Below are positions 10,926 through 21,641 of a DNA stretch of 64,000 nucleotides, piece by piece. The notes beneath the pieces were generated by a model, which did not search any database, had not been told where the DNA came from, and saw nothing but the letters and a program-made list of their open reading frames with translations. Source of the stretch: an uncultured Bacteroidota bacterium (GTDB lineage: Bacteria > Bacteroidota > Ignavibacteria > UBA10030 > UBA8401); the NCBI GenBank assembly GCA_963772165.1, contig CAVYWA010000011.1, positions 229,639-293,638 on the forward strand. The letters run 5' to 3'. Position numbers and translations under genes: made by a program. Each line of letters starts with the position of its first letter. The first letter of the stretch is position 1.

Positions 10926-11000
10926 GCGTCTCACGCAAAGACGCAGAGTCGCAAATTGATTTTAAAACAAAACCTTCGCGTCTTTGCAGCTTGGCGAGAG
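10926..11000. repeat. Gene-less palindromic element (GCAAAGACGC / TTGGCGAG family) between convergent peptidase and tmk
   Basis: A perfect 10-bp stem joins GCAAAGACGC (10935-10944) and GCGTCTTTGC (10978-10987). It is followed by CAGCTTGGCGAGAG. The motif vocabulary matches the arms flanking the GxxExxY gene at 62965-63420. Confidence 0.65.
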
Positions 11001-11044
11001 ATATTTTCAGATGTTGCTATCAAGTTCTCCGAAAAGAATCCTGA

Positions 11045-11671
11045 TCAGGATATTTTCCTCGGCAACCGCCCGGAAAGAGTTTTCCAGATCTCGTCCTGAA
11101 CGATGTTAATCGGCAGCGAGCCATCGATGAGCTGGATGCGTTTCGGCTCTTCTTTTGCAAGTTCGAGGTACCCTTCGCGGACCTTTTCATAGAATTCGCG
11201 TCCCCCGCTCTCCATCCTATCAATGGCAACACCGCTTGTGTGCCGCCGCTCGATAATTTCATCGATCGGAACGTCGATCAAAAAAGTCACTTCCGGAAGT
11301 AATCCGAACGTTGCCACGGCGTTAATCGTCTTCACAGCGCCAAGCCTCAAACCCCTTCCGAACCCCTGGTACGCTGTCGTTGAATCGACGTAGCGGTCGC
11401 AAATGACGATCTTCGAATCGAGCAGTGCCGGCTTAATGACCTGATTGACAAGTTGAGCCCGAGCTGCCGAGAAAAGGAACAATTCGGTAATCTGGTTCAT
11501 GCCGAGATTCTTTTTGTCCAGAAGAATCTCCCGGATGCGCTCAGAAATTTCTGTGCCGCCCGGTTCCCTGAAAAATTCAACGATGTAATGCTGGCTCCGC
11601 AGCGTTTCCGCGAGCAGCGCCGCCTGCGTTGTCTTGCCGGAGCCGTCTAATCCTTCGAAGGAGATGAACAT
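11045..11671 (-). CDS. tmk: Thymidylate kinase
   Basis: The P-loop FISFEGLDGSGKTTQ is present and the protein is 208 aa. Confidence 0.93.
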   Translation of the reverse strand: MFISFEGLDGSGKTTQAALLAETLRSQHYIVEFFREPGGTEISERIREILLDKKNLGMNQITELFLFSAARAQLVNQVIKPALLDSKIVICDRYVDSTTAYQGFGRGLRLGAVKTINAVATFGLLPEVTFLIDVPIDEIIERRHTSGVAIDRMESGGREFYEKVREGYLELAKEEPKRIQLIDGSLPINIVQDEIWKTLSGRLPRKIS

Positions 11672-11759
11672 GTTACTTTACCCTGTGTTCGTTGCATCAT
11701 GGTACTTAATTTACGTTGATTTTGCAAGGAAGAACGCCCGAGAATCCTTCACTTAAGCG

Positions 11760-11788
11760 TTGACACTGCAGCCCATATTTATTATACT
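11760..11788 (+). promoter_or_regulatory. Sigma70-type promoter (TTGACA-N17-TATACT)
   Basis: TTGACA lies at 11760-11765 and TATACT at 11783-11788, separated by a 17-nt spacer. The promoter sits about 70 nt upstream of the ATG at 11859. Confidence 0.5.
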
Positions 11789-11858
11789 TGACCCGAGGGA
11801 TGCATTGCCTGAAGTACTAATTAACTCATTTTTGTTTGCCTACGAAAAGGAGCCAAGT

Positions 11859-12626
11859 ATGGATGAAGCCAATACAACGCCGCCAGTCTCTGATGAAAGC
11901 TCGCAAATGTCCTTCTCCGATAAGTTGATGAACGTCTTTTCTGCGCCGGGTGAATTGTTTGAGAATGTCGCAAAAAGCGAGAAGCAAACTTCCAACTGGT
12001 CGGTGCCGCTTATTCTCACGATGATTGTAAGCGTCATTTTTGTTCTTGTTGCCTTCTCTCAGGCACCGATTCAAGACCAGATGCGCGACCAAACGGAAAA
12101 AACAATTCAGAAAAAAGTTGCTGAAGGCAAAATGACACAAGAACAGGCAGACATGGCTTTGACAAAAAACCCTGCACAGCCCGGCTCTCCGCTGTTCATG
12201 ATTTTCGGTTCAATAGGTGCGGTGGTCGTGACGGCAGTTATGCTGTTCGGCTTTACTCTTGCATTTTGGCTCATGGGAAAATGGGTGTTCAAAACATCTG
12301 CGACATACGGAAAAGTCCTCGAAGTCGCAGGACTATCGATGTATATATCAGTGCTTGGGTCGATTATCACGTTGCTACTCGTTGTTGCCATGGGTTCGCT
12401 CTACGCTACTCCAAGCCTTGCCCTCGCGGTTTCTCAATATGATCCAACCAATACCCTTCACAAACTTCTTAGCTCGATAAGCCTATTTACTTTTTGGTAC
12501 CTTTTTGTGGTTTCGGTCGGGCTGGGGAAAATATTTTCCGTTTCATTGGGAAAGGCGCTTGCGGGAGTAGGTGTATTGTGGATACTGTTTACGGCTGCAT
12601 CCGTGCTGCTCAGTTTCGGTTCCTAA
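11859..12626 (+). CDS. Yip1-domain-like multi-pass membrane protein
   Basis: An AAGGAG RBS precedes the ATG at 11859. A soluble N-terminus is followed by about 5 hydrophobic helices. The family assignment is tentative. Confidence 0.6.
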   Translation: MDEANTTPPVSDESSQMSFSDKLMNVFSAPGELFENVAKSEKQTSNWSVPLILTMIVSVIFVLVAFSQAPIQDQMRDQTEKTIQKKVAEGKMTQEQADMALTKNPAQPGSPLFMIFGSIGAVVVTAVMLFGFTLAFWLMGKWVFKTSATYGKVLEVAGLSMYISVLGSIITLLLVVAMGSLYATPSLALAVSQYDPTNTLHKLLSSISLFTFWYLFVVSVGLGKIFSVSLGKALAGVGVLWILFTAASVLLSFGS

Positions 12627-12630
12627 GCCG

Positions 12631-15144
12631 TTACATAATTCCTTGCGGATCGACGTCGACGGTGAGCTGCACGCCGCGCCGAACGTCAGCGGATGAGGAG
12701 ATTTCCTGAACGACCCGAGTGATTGCATTCCGAACGGATGCAGAATTCGGGTCGTTTGTTTTTACGGCTTTGATAATAATTTGCCACCGATAATTGTTTT
12801 TGATTTTAGAAATTACCGCTGCTGCCGGCCCCAAAATAACCGAGTGCGGGGCAAGGCGCTTTAACCGCCCGGCAAATTTTTCTGCGACGGTGCGCACATT
12901 CTTTTCATCGGGGCCTTTACATTCAATCAATACCAGCCGCGCGAACGGAGGGTATATTGCCGATTGCCGATACCGCACCTCCTCCTCATAGAACCCCCGA
13001 TAATTGTGGTCGATGACGTACTTCAAGCTGTAATGATCGGTCTGGTAGCTCTGGATGACAACTTCGCCTTTTAACGAACTCCGCCCGGCTCTGCCGGCAA
13101 CCTGCGTCAATAATTGAAACGTCCGCTCAGCGGAACGGAAATCGGGGAGCAGCATTTGTGTATCTGCGGAAATAACTCCGACAAGCGTTACGCGCGGGAA
13201 ATCCAATCCCTTTGCCACCATCTGCGTTCCGAGCAAAATGTCCGCATCGCCTCTTCCAAACTGCTGGAGAAGCTTGTCGTGTGATCCTCTTCGCGTCGTT
13301 GTATCCAGATCCATTCGCAAGACCTTCGCTTCCGGAAACAACGCTGCCAGGTCTTGTTCGACCCGCTGCGTACCGAAGCCCTGGAGTTTCAGCTGAGTTC
13401 CTTTACATTGCGGGCACAGGTTCGGCATCGGCTTCACCGAACCGCAGTAATGGCAGCGCAAATGTTTTTTGACGAGATGGTACGTCAGCGTGACGTCGCA
13501 TTGTTCACACCGCTCGACGTGTCCGCAGTCGAGGCACTCGATAAACGGAGCGAACCCCCGCCGATTCTGGAGAAGAATAATTCCTTCGCCTTTGTGCAGC
13601 CGGTCGCGGATTTTTTCTTCGAGCAGGAAGGAGATGGAATGGAATCCTTTTTCAAAAGCTTTTTTCCCGATTTTGGCCGCATCCTCTTTCATCGCTGCAT
13701 AGCGGCGCTTATGGTCGTCCCCCATGTTCACAAGGCTGATTGAAGGAAGGACGGCGTCGTCGATTCGCTCGGGTAATTCCAGCAAAGCGTATTTTTCCGT
13801 TCGTGCATTATAGAAAGATTCGATCGATGGTGTCGCAGAGCCGAGGACAACGACGGCGTCGGCGTGATTTCCTCGGATGATGGCGACGTCGCGCGCGTTG
13901 TATCGAGGAGAAGCGTCGAATTGTTTATATGATGCCTCGTGTTCTTCATCGACAACAATGAGGCCGAGGTTCTCGAGCGGTGCGAAAACCGCCGACCTTG
14001 GACCGATGACAATTTTATATCTGCCGCTTTTGCAGAACCTCCAGGCATCGTAGCGCTCCCCGTCCGACATCCGGCTGTGCATGACGGCAACGGAGTCTCC
14101 GAAGTGCAGCCGAAATCGCCGGACAATTTGCGGCGTCAGGGAAATTTCCGGGACAAGAACGATGGCAGTCTTTTCTCTCGCCAGCGCTTCGCGTATTGCT
14201 TCGATGTACACCTGTGTCTTTCCGCTTCCGGTTATTCCATACAATAAAAAAGTTTTCGAGACGCCCGATTTCATCGAAGCGGCGATCTTTTCGAGTGCGT
14301 GCGCTTGATGACGCGTTAACTGAAACGGCGACACGAGTGTAACGTTCTCATCGGGCAAATAATCAACCGACCGTTCAACTTCTTGTTGAACGACCTCCAC
14401 AATATTTTTCTTTATGATTGCCTTCAGCGAAGAAAGAGTAGCCCCGGTTTCTTTGAGGAGTGAACGTAACGGATACGGCTCATTCGTCAATTGCGTGATG
14501 CGGAGGAAGAGCTTTTGCTGTAATTTCCCTTGCGGTGCAAAATTCTCCAGAACATCCTTCTTGATAAGGAAGCGTTCGAGCTTTGGCTTTGTCTTCGCCG
14601 CTGATAAATGATCGCTGACGTCGATGACACCGGCATCAGCAAGCCCCGACAAAATAGAATAGATATTCTTGACCCTTGTTTTTTTCTGAAGCTGAGCGAC
14701 GGAAAGGTGTGTTTCAGCCGACAAGGCGCCGAGGACCTTCGCGCGCTGCGGCGCCGTGATTCCGAAACGGGCAAGTTCATCAGGAGTAATCGGCCGCTTT
14801 AACGAGATCGATTTCTTGTTTTCGATCGAGATTCCCTGGGGAAGGAATGCTTTCAATACTTCTCCCAGCGGTGCGGCATAGTATTCAGCAATCCAATTGC
14901 CGAGCTTCAGCAGTTCTTGAGAAAGAGCCGGAGTTGCGTCGAGCACATCCTGGATCGGTCGAAGCGGCTTGATGGATGTTGAAGAGGGAAAGCCGACGGC
15001 GACGCCGGAAATTTGTTTCCTTCCAAAAGGAACAAGCACGCGGCTTCCCGTGCTGACACGCTGGGCGAGTTCGGATGGTATAGTATACGTGAATGCCTGG
15101 TGGATTGGGAGTGGAAGTGCAACATCGACAAGAGTTTGTTTCAT
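12631..15144 (-). CDS. priA: Primosomal protein N' (replication restart helicase PriA)
   Basis: Walker A (GITGSGKT), VVDEEHE and the Cys-rich Zn region (CLDCGHVERCEQC...CHYCG...CPQC) are present. The protein is 837 aa. Confidence 0.95.
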   Translation of the reverse strand: MKQTLVDVALPLPIHQAFTYTIPSELAQRVSTGSRVLVPFGRKQISGVAVGFPSSTSIKPLRPIQDVLDATPALSQELLKLGNWIAEYYAAPLGEVLKAFLPQGISIENKKSISLKRPITPDELARFGITAPQRAKVLGALSAETHLSVAQLQKKTRVKNIYSILSGLADAGVIDVSDHLSAAKTKPKLERFLIKKDVLENFAPQGKLQQKLFLRITQLTNEPYPLRSLLKETGATLSSLKAIIKKNIVEVVQQEVERSVDYLPDENVTLVSPFQLTRHQAHALEKIAASMKSGVSKTFLLYGITGSGKTQVYIEAIREALAREKTAIVLVPEISLTPQIVRRFRLHFGDSVAVMHSRMSDGERYDAWRFCKSGRYKIVIGPRSAVFAPLENLGLIVVDEEHEASYKQFDASPRYNARDVAIIRGNHADAVVVLGSATPSIESFYNARTEKYALLELPERIDDAVLPSISLVNMGDDHKRRYAAMKEDAAKIGKKAFEKGFHSISFLLEEKIRDRLHKGEGIILLQNRRGFAPFIECLDCGHVERCEQCDVTLTYHLVKKHLRCHYCGSVKPMPNLCPQCKGTQLKLQGFGTQRVEQDLAALFPEAKVLRMDLDTTTRRGSHDKLLQQFGRGDADILLGTQMVAKGLDFPRVTLVGVISADTQMLLPDFRSAERTFQLLTQVAGRAGRSSLKGEVVIQSYQTDHYSLKYVIDHNYRGFYEEEVRYRQSAIYPPFARLVLIECKGPDEKNVRTVAEKFAGRLKRLAPHSVILGPAAAVISKIKNNYRWQIIIKAVKTNDPNSASVRNAITRVVQEISSSADVRRGVQLTVDVDPQGIM

Positions 15145-15174
15145 GGCAAGAGAATGGCGGGCGCAGTGAACGCT

Positions 15175-16428
15175 CTACGCAAGTTCTGCCTCGACTTGTT
15201 TATAGACGTCGATCAGCGGAATATTTTTCTCAAGGGCGACACGCTTGCACTCTTCAAATTCGGGTGCAAGCCGTTCCGAGCCCTCGATGGTCACAACCTT
15301 CACTTTCATCTCGCCGAAAAGAGTCTTCACGATTTTGGATGAACGCTGCAGCTTGCGCCGCTCTACGGGCTGGATGCGGACGCCGAGAGTGCTCGTTTCC
15401 GCAAAGACAACGCTCAGCACTCCATCGAGTTTTCCTCTGTTCACGAGCGCTGAAAGAAGAATTCCCGGCCTTCCTTTTTTCATGATGACCGGTATCATGA
15501 ATGCGTCGTGAGCTCCAACGGAAAGGAGACGCTCAAGAACGAAGGGAAAAACTTCCGGGTTCATATTGTCGATATTTGTCTCAACCGTCACAAGTTCGTC
15601 GTGGTCGTGTCCCTCTACAAGCTCGCCGATGAAAATGCGAAGCAAGTTCGGCAATTGCGGGATGTCCTGCGTCCCGGTCCCGTACCCGATGGATTTCACT
15701 TGAAGCTGTTCCATCGACAGCATTCCCGACGAGAGTGCCTTAATAATACCGGCCCCTGTCGGCGTCGTCAGCTCGAAGGGAACGTCGGTGAACACGGTCC
15801 TGTACTCTTTCAGAATCTCGGCCGTTGCCGGAGTCGGGTTTGGCATTGCTCCATGCCGGGTATTGACAAAACCGCCGTTTCCAAGCTTGACCGGAGATGA
15901 ATAAACGGCATCGATCCCAAAATACTCCATACAGATTGCCGTGCCCACAATATCCACGATTGAATCAACGGCCCCCACTTCATGAAAGTGTATTTCTTCG
16001 AGCGCCGTGTTGTGAATTTTAGCTTCCGCCGTGCCGATGACGGTAAAAATCTTTGAAGCCCGTTCTTGTACTCTCGCTGGAAGAGCCGATTTTTCGATGA
16101 GTGCAAGAATATCCTTAAGGCCCCGCGAATGGTGCTCATGATCTCTGCTGTCGTGGCGATGTGAATGTTCGTCGTGAGAATGGTGGTGGTCGTCATGAGA
16201 ATGCGATCCTGCATTTTTGCTTTCCCCCTCAACGGTCACATCCAGTTTTACAGCGGTAATCGCATTCCGTTGCATGAGTCTTTGTTGGAGCGAATACCCT
16301 TCTACGGGAAGCTTTAGCAATTCCTTGCGGAGATAATCCAGCGGCACTCCGGCGTGGATAAATGCGCCGAGTGTCATATCGCCGCTGATGCCGCCCACGG
16401 TATCAAAATATACGATGGTCATAAGCAC
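15175..16428 (-). CDS. larC: LarC-family nickel insertion protein (DUF111)
   Basis: The N-terminal motif GGISGDM and the His-rich tract HSHDDHHHSHDEHSHRHDSRDHEHH are present. The protein is 417 aa. Confidence 0.85.
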   Translation of the reverse strand: MLMTIVYFDTVGGISGDMTLGAFIHAGVPLDYLRKELLKLPVEGYSLQQRLMQRNAITAVKLDVTVEGESKNAGSHSHDDHHHSHDEHSHRHDSRDHEHHSRGLKDILALIEKSALPARVQERASKIFTVIGTAEAKIHNTALEEIHFHEVGAVDSIVDIVGTAICMEYFGIDAVYSSPVKLGNGGFVNTRHGAMPNPTPATAEILKEYRTVFTDVPFELTTPTGAGIIKALSSGMLSMEQLQVKSIGYGTGTQDIPQLPNLLRIFIGELVEGHDHDELVTVETNIDNMNPEVFPFVLERLLSVGAHDAFMIPVIMKKGRPGILLSALVNRGKLDGVLSVVFAETSTLGVRIQPVERRKLQRSSKIVKTLFGEMKVKVVTIEGSERLAPEFEECKRVALEKNIPLIDVYKQVEAELA

Positions 16429-16517
16429 TGAGAGATGTTCGTCGGATTTACTTTGTAATATACAATTTTTTTGAAAAGAATACGAAATGTCCTAGGGGGG
16501 CGTACAACGTGTGCGAG

Positions 16518-17798
16518 CTACTGCTGCATGAACAGGGGCATAAGATGCTGCAGGAATCGATCCGTCGCACCGAGATTTTTATCCACCAGGCGGCGTGCTT
16601 TTTTGCCCGCTTCTATTCTTTTTGGTTCATTCTCGAGCAGGGTTCGGAGTATCCTGTACAATTCTTTTTCGTCTTCAACAACAAACCCGCCTCCTTGGTC
16701 TGCGAGTGCGACGGCTTCTTGTGAATTAGCATGCTTCGGCCCGAACACGACCGGGAGCGAGAATGCAGCCGGTTCCAGAACGTTGTGCACGCCCTGGCGG
16801 AAACTTCCGCCGACGTATGCAACGTGAGCATATTTATAAAGAGGCACGAGAATGCCGACGCTGTCGACCAGGATAACTTTCTCACCGGCGTATTGGTTCA
16901 TTTCGGAAAATCGGATGAAGGACGTATGCCCTTCAAGGCGGTATTCCACTTGTTCCAGATGTTCGACCGTCGGTTCATGGGGTACGAGGATCGTCAACAA
17001 GTCCGGCATCCTTTTCTGAATTTTGTAAAGGACCGGAAGGGCGACGTTATCATCGGCTTCCCAGCTTTGGCCGACGATGAATATTTTTTTCCCCCTGACA
17101 ATTCGGTTCGACAGAATATGTTTCTTGGCTGCTTCATCGCTCCGTATTTTCACTTGGTCGAAGCGGGTATCGCCGATGGTCTCTACGGTCGGTCCCGACA
17201 ACAAAAAATCGCCAAAAGAAGCTTTATCGCTGTCCGATACTGTAAGAATAGACGAAAAGCAATCGTATAAAGCGCGATGAAATTGCCGTACAAGGAATGT
17301 TTTCCGGATCGAGTTTTTCTTCATCGTCGCATTCGCGATCATCACGGGAATATTTCGTTTGTGCAGCGCCCAAATCAAATTGGGCCACACGTCGTAACGA
17401 ACCATCACCACCGCAGTCGGTTGAACGACATCAACGAACTCGTTCACTTGCCGATAGGAGTCGAATGGGAGATATGAAATAATATCCGCCAGTTTGTAAG
17501 ACTTGGAATGCTCGTATCCGGACGGCGAAAAGAACGTGGCAATAATATCGATCTCGGGGTGTGATTGTTTTATCGCAGCGATGATCGGCTTCGCTTGTTC
17601 AAACTCTCCCAGTGAAGAGGAATGAAACCAGAGGCGGTGACGTCCATGCGAAAGATTGACTTCTTCCTTGATGATGGTGAAGAGGTTCCGCCGCCCCTGA
17701 ATGCCGCGGCGGATTTTTTTGTTGAAGAGACCGGCGCACTGGAACGCGCACCACATCGCCGGTACCACGAGAATGTTATAGAATAATTTCCAGGCCAT
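16518..17798 (-). CDS. waaA: 3-deoxy-D-manno-octulosonic acid (Kdo) transferase
   Basis: The hydrophobic N-terminus MAWKLFYNILVVPAMW and the C-terminal motif GGSFRQGVHNVLEPAAFSLPVVFGP fit. The start was trimmed from 17897. Confidence 0.85.
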   Translation of the reverse strand: MAWKLFYNILVVPAMWCAFQCAGLFNKKIRRGIQGRRNLFTIIKEEVNLSHGRHRLWFHSSSLGEFEQAKPIIAAIKQSHPEIDIIATFFSPSGYEHSKSYKLADIISYLPFDSYRQVNEFVDVVQPTAVVMVRYDVWPNLIWALHKRNIPVMIANATMKKNSIRKTFLVRQFHRALYDCFSSILTVSDSDKASFGDFLLSGPTVETIGDTRFDQVKIRSDEAAKKHILSNRIVRGKKIFIVGQSWEADDNVALPVLYKIQKRMPDLLTILVPHEPTVEHLEQVEYRLEGHTSFIRFSEMNQYAGEKVILVDSVGILVPLYKYAHVAYVGGSFRQGVHNVLEPAAFSLPVVFGPKHANSQEAVALADQGGGFVVEDEKELYRILRTLLENEPKRIEAGKKARRLVDKNLGATDRFLQHLMPLFMQQ

Positions 17799-17960
17799 TG
17801 TGCGTTGAACGTGATGAAGTTCGCTACCGTGAACCATGTACAGCAGCGCTGAATCGCCTCTACGATGCATCCCCACGGTGTGAGAATCGCAGGACAAATA
17901 TAGTTACGCCAGGTTACTTGTGCAATGAAAAATCCGGGAAATAATTTCATCTACCGCCGG

Positions 17961-17989
17961 TTGATTATCGCAGGGGAGTTCGGTATATT
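17961..17989 (+). promoter_or_regulatory. Sigma70-type promoter (TTGATT-N17-TATATT)
   Basis: TTGATT lies at 17961-17966 and TATATT at 17984-17989, upstream of the ATG at 18013. Confidence 0.45.
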
Positions 17990-18012
17990 ATCATTCCTAA
18001 AAATTAAAGAGT

Positions 18013-18987
18013 ATGCGAGCTATTATACCGGTCGCCGGAGTTGGTAGCAGACTGCGGCCCCATACCTACACGATACCGAAAGTGCTCCTCAATGTGGCAG
18101 GAAAGCCGATTATCGGCCACATTATGGATAAAATTATCGCCGGGGGATTTGACTCGGCCACGATCATTGTCGGCTATTTAGGCGACAAGGTCAAAGAATA
18201 TATCTCGGGAAATTATTCCATCAGCGTAGATTTTGTCGAACAGGAAGAACGGCTGGGTTTGGGCCATGCCATCTATTTGTCGCGTCACACCATCTCAAAA
18301 GATCCAATCCTGATTATTCTCGGCGATACCGTGTTCGACGTGAATCTTTCAGCCATGACACACGGAAAATATTCGAGCATTGGCGTGAAGGAAGTTGCGG
18401 ATCCGCGGCGCTTCGGTGTAGCCGAGACGACGGACGGTTTTGTCACTAGGTTAACTGAAAAACCTGAGCACCCGACGAGCAATCTTGCGATCGTCGGCCT
18501 TTATTTTATCCAGCATCCGGACATTTTACTTGAGTGCCTGAAGCAGATGATTAAAAGTGATGTGCGGACGAAAGGGGAGTTTCAACTTACCGACGGACTA
18601 CAGCTCATGATTGAGCGGGGAGAGAAGATCAAGACATTCACGATTGACGGCTGGTTCGATTGCGGTAAGCCTGAGACGCTTCTTGAAACGAATAAGCATT
18701 TATTAAATCAAAATTCAACTCATTCTATTCCCGAGGGTGTAGTTGTTATCCCGCCCGTGTTTATTTCCCCAAAATCCACTGTAAAAAATTCCATCATTGG
18801 CCCGAATACAACCATCGCAGCGGGGGCAACAGTTGAGAATTCCGTCGTAAGGAATTCCATCGTCAGCGAGGACGCGACCGTTCAGGGTGCGCTGCTCGAA
18901 GAATCCATTATCGGCAGCAATGCACTGGTGAGGGGCGGTTATAAAAGAATTAACATCGGCGATTCGTCCGAACTCGAGTTTTACTAA
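18013..18987 (+). CDS. Sugar-phosphate nucleotidyltransferase with C-terminal left-handed beta-helix
   Basis: The N-terminal motif IIPVAGVGSRLRPHTYTIPKVLL (GxGxRL) is present. The C-terminus shows hexapeptide-like repeats. Confidence 0.8.
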   Translation: MRAIIPVAGVGSRLRPHTYTIPKVLLNVAGKPIIGHIMDKIIAGGFDSATIIVGYLGDKVKEYISGNYSISVDFVEQEERLGLGHAIYLSRHTISKDPILIILGDTVFDVNLSAMTHGKYSSIGVKEVADPRRFGVAETTDGFVTRLTEKPEHPTSNLAIVGLYFIQHPDILLECLKQMIKSDVRTKGEFQLTDGLQLMIERGEKIKTFTIDGWFDCGKPETLLETNKHLLNQNSTHSIPEGVVVIPPVFISPKSTVKNSIIGPNTTIAAGATVENSVVRNSIVSEDATVQGALLEESIIGSNALVRGGYKRINIGDSSELEFY

Positions 18988-19034
18988 AAGCGTAATCATT
19001 AACAATCCAAACAGTACTTAGGAGCAAAAATTCA

Positions 19035-20177
19035 ATGAGGTATCTTTTTACGTCCGAATCCGTTTCCGAAGGGCATCCCGATAAGGTCTGCGATGCAATT
19101 TCGGATGCCGTGTTGGATGCATTGCTCAGGCAGGACAAATACTCGCGTGTAGCGTGCGAATGCTTTGTGACTACCGGCCTGGTCATGATCGGAGGCGAAA
19201 TTACGACGAACGCGTATGTGGATTTCCAAACGCTTGCGCGTGAAACCGTTCGAGAAATCGGTTATACAAAAGCGGAATACAAATTTGATGCGGATTCATG
19301 TTCGGTGATCTCGAGTATCCATTCACAATCAGCGGACATTGCCCGAGGGGTGAACACCGGCGGCGCAGGCGACCAGGGAATGATGTTCGGTTATGCCAAC
19401 AATGAAACTCCCGAGTTAATGCCGATGCCGATCATGTTCGCGCATAAACTCGTCCGGCGTCTTGCCGAAATCCGAAAGAAAAATCTCCGCCTTATGCCGT
19501 ATCTTCGGCCCGATGCAAAATCGCAGGTGACGGTGGAGTATAACGGCGGCACGCCGGTTCGCGTTGACACCGTGGTTATTTCCACCCAGCACGACGCAGA
19601 CGCTTCTCAGAAACGTATTCGTGAGGACGTCATTCACCATGTTGTCGGGAAAGTGATCCCGGAACATCTGCTTGATAAGAAAACGAAATATTACGTTAAC
19701 CCGACCGGGCGTTTTGAAATCGGCGGGCCGCACGGCGACAGCGGCTTGACGGGAAGAAAAATCATCGTTGATACGTACGGCGGGCGCGCTCCCCACGGCG
19801 GCGGTGCATTCTCCGGAAAAGATCCTTCAAAAGTCGACCGGAGCGCTGCATACGCAGCACGGCATCTTGCGAAGAATATCGTTGCGGCCGGACTGGCGAC
19901 GGAATGCCAGATTCAAGTTGCGTACGCAATCGGTGTTGCGGAACCGGTGTCGATTTACGTGAATACATTCGGGACGGGAAAGATTCCGGATTCGGAAATT
20001 TCCCGCATCCTAAAAAGCGAAATCGATATGACACCCCGCGGCATTATCGACAGGTTGAATCTGCTTCGCCCGATTTACAGGAAAACGGCTTCGTACGGCC
20101 ACTTCGGACGCGACGATAAGGATTTTACGTGGGAAGCGCTCGACCTCGTCCCGATATTAAAGCGCGCGGTAAAATAA
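19035..20177 (+). CDS. metK: S-adenosylmethionine synthase
   Basis: The motifs [19 protein letters not shown] and GGGAFSGKD are present. Confidence 0.97.
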   Translation: MRYLFTSESVSEGHPDKVCDAISDAVLDALLRQDKYSRVACECFVTTGLVMIGGEITTNAYVDFQTLARETVREIGYTKAEYKFDADSCSVISSIHSQSADIARGVNTGGAGDQGMMFGYANNETPELMPMPIMFAHKLVRRLAEIRKKNLRLMPYLRPDAKSQVTVEYNGGTPVRVDTVVISTQHDADASQKRIREDVIHHVVGKVIPEHLLDKKTKYYVNPTGRFEIGGPHGDSGLTGRKIIVDTYGGRAPHGGGAFSGKDPSKVDRSAAYAARHLAKNIVAAGLATECQIQVAYAIGVAEPVSIYVNTFGTGKIPDSEISRILKSEIDMTPRGIIDRLNLLRPIYRKTASYGHFGRDDKDFTWEALDLVPILKRAVK

Positions 20178-20230
20178 TTGGTATCGGCACCGCTCATAAT
20201 CAAAAACTTTTTAAGAATTCTGGAGAGATA

Positions 20231-21508
20231 ATGAACGAGAAAAAAGGACGCTTTAAAGTCAGAGATTTGAAGCTTGCTGCAGAAGGGCACAAGCTTATCG
20301 AATGGGCAGAATCACGTATGCCGGTCATGATGGCGCTGCGTGAGAAATACAAAACCACAAAACCGTTGAAAGGCTTCCGGATCGCGGGATGCCTGCACGT
20401 CACCAAGGAAACGGCAGTGCTCGTGAAGACCTTTGTTGAAGCGGGTGCACAGGTGAGCTGGAGCGGATGCAACCCGCTATCGACCAACGATGCAGTCGCG
20501 GCCGCGCTTGCGGATGACGGCGTCTCTATTTTTGCCTGGCATGGGATGAACGTGAAAGAATTTTATTGGTGCATCGACGAGACGCTGAAATTCAAGCCGA
20601 ATCTGACGCTCGACGACGGAGCGGACTTGATTTTTACCGTGCACAACAAGCATCAGGAACTGATCCCCGAAATTATTGGGGGAACCGAGGAGACGACGAC
20701 GGGTATTCATCGGCTTCGGGCGATGGCAAAAGACGGTGCGCTGAAATATCCCGTCATTGCCGTGAACGATGCCGAAACAAAATGGGATTTCGACAACGTT
20801 TATGGAACGGGGCAATCGACAATCGACGGCGTGATTCGTGCAACGAGCGTGCTGATTGCGGGAAAAAACGTTGTCATCGCCGGTTACGGACATTGCGGCC
20901 GGGGCGTTGCCATGCGGGCGAAGGGGCTTGGAGCGAATGTCATTGTCACGGAGGTGAAAGCGACCGCCGCATTAAAAGCCACACTCGAAGGATACCGGGT
21001 GATGACGATGGATCAAGCGGTAAAAGTCGGCGACATCTTTATTACCGCAACCGGCGTTAAGGACATTATCGTCGACCGTCACTTCAAACTGTTGAAGGAC
21101 GGAGCGATCATCTGCAATACGGGACATTACGATTGCGAAATTAATCTGGGCGATCTAAAAAAACAAACGAAAAGCATCCGCGAAATCCGTCCGAATAATG
21201 AAGAGTACATCACAAAGGATGGCCGGCGCATTTATGTCCTCGCACAAGGGAGGCTTGTCAACTTAGCGGCCGCTGAAGGGCATCCGTCGGAAGTGATGGA
21301 TATGTCGTTCGCCAATCAATTTATGTCGCAGCTGCGCCTTGCTGAGGTCTTCAAAAAGGGAAAGAAGTATGAAAATAAGGTGCACGACATTTCTGTTGAA
21401 CAGGATCAGGAAATCGCCGGCGTGAAATTGTCCACACAAGGTCTCAAGATCGATACGCTGACGCCGGAACAGAAACTGTACATGGAAGATTACAGCGCCG
21501 GAACGTAA
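20231..21508 (+). CDS. ahcY: Adenosylhomocysteinase
   Basis: The NAD motif VIAGYGHCGRG is present. A GGAGAG RBS precedes the ATG at 20231, so the ORF-track start at 20129 was trimmed. Confidence 0.95.
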   Translation: MNEKKGRFKVRDLKLAAEGHKLIEWAESRMPVMMALREKYKTTKPLKGFRIAGCLHVTKETAVLVKTFVEAGAQVSWSGCNPLSTNDAVAAALADDGVSIFAWHGMNVKEFYWCIDETLKFKPNLTLDDGADLIFTVHNKHQELIPEIIGGTEETTTGIHRLRAMAKDGALKYPVIAVNDAETKWDFDNVYGTGQSTIDGVIRATSVLIAGKNVVIAGYGHCGRGVAMRAKGLGANVIVTEVKATAALKATLEGYRVMTMDQAVKVGDIFITATGVKDIIVDRHFKLLKDGAIICNTGHYDCEINLGDLKKQTKSIREIRPNNEEYITKDGRRIYVLAQGRLVNLAAAEGHPSEVMDMSFANQFMSQLRLAEVFKKGKKYENKVHDISVEQDQEIAGVKLSTQGLKIDTLTPEQKLYMEDYSAGT

Positions 21509-21534
21509 AAGCCGGCTGAATCCAGTAGCGAAAG

Positions 21535-21574
21535 CAGGGTTTCATCAGCGTTGATGAAACCCTGTTCGTTTATT
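21535..21574 (+). terminator. Rho-independent terminator after ahcY
   Basis: A 13-bp perfect stem joins CAGGGTTTCATCA and TGATGAAACCCTG around the loop GCGT, followed by TTCGTTTATT. Confidence 0.75.
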
Positions 21575-21641
21575 GGAACGTACGTGTTCCAGTATTGGTT
21601 TTCATATTGTCCCCCATACAATAAGAAAGGAATCTGTGTCG

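Noticed and set aside
15175-16428. LarC without LarB or LarE nearby, considered as an anomaly.
   Set aside because: Lar genes are often dispersed. The His-rich tract is normal for LarC, and nothing in the sequence itself is unusual.
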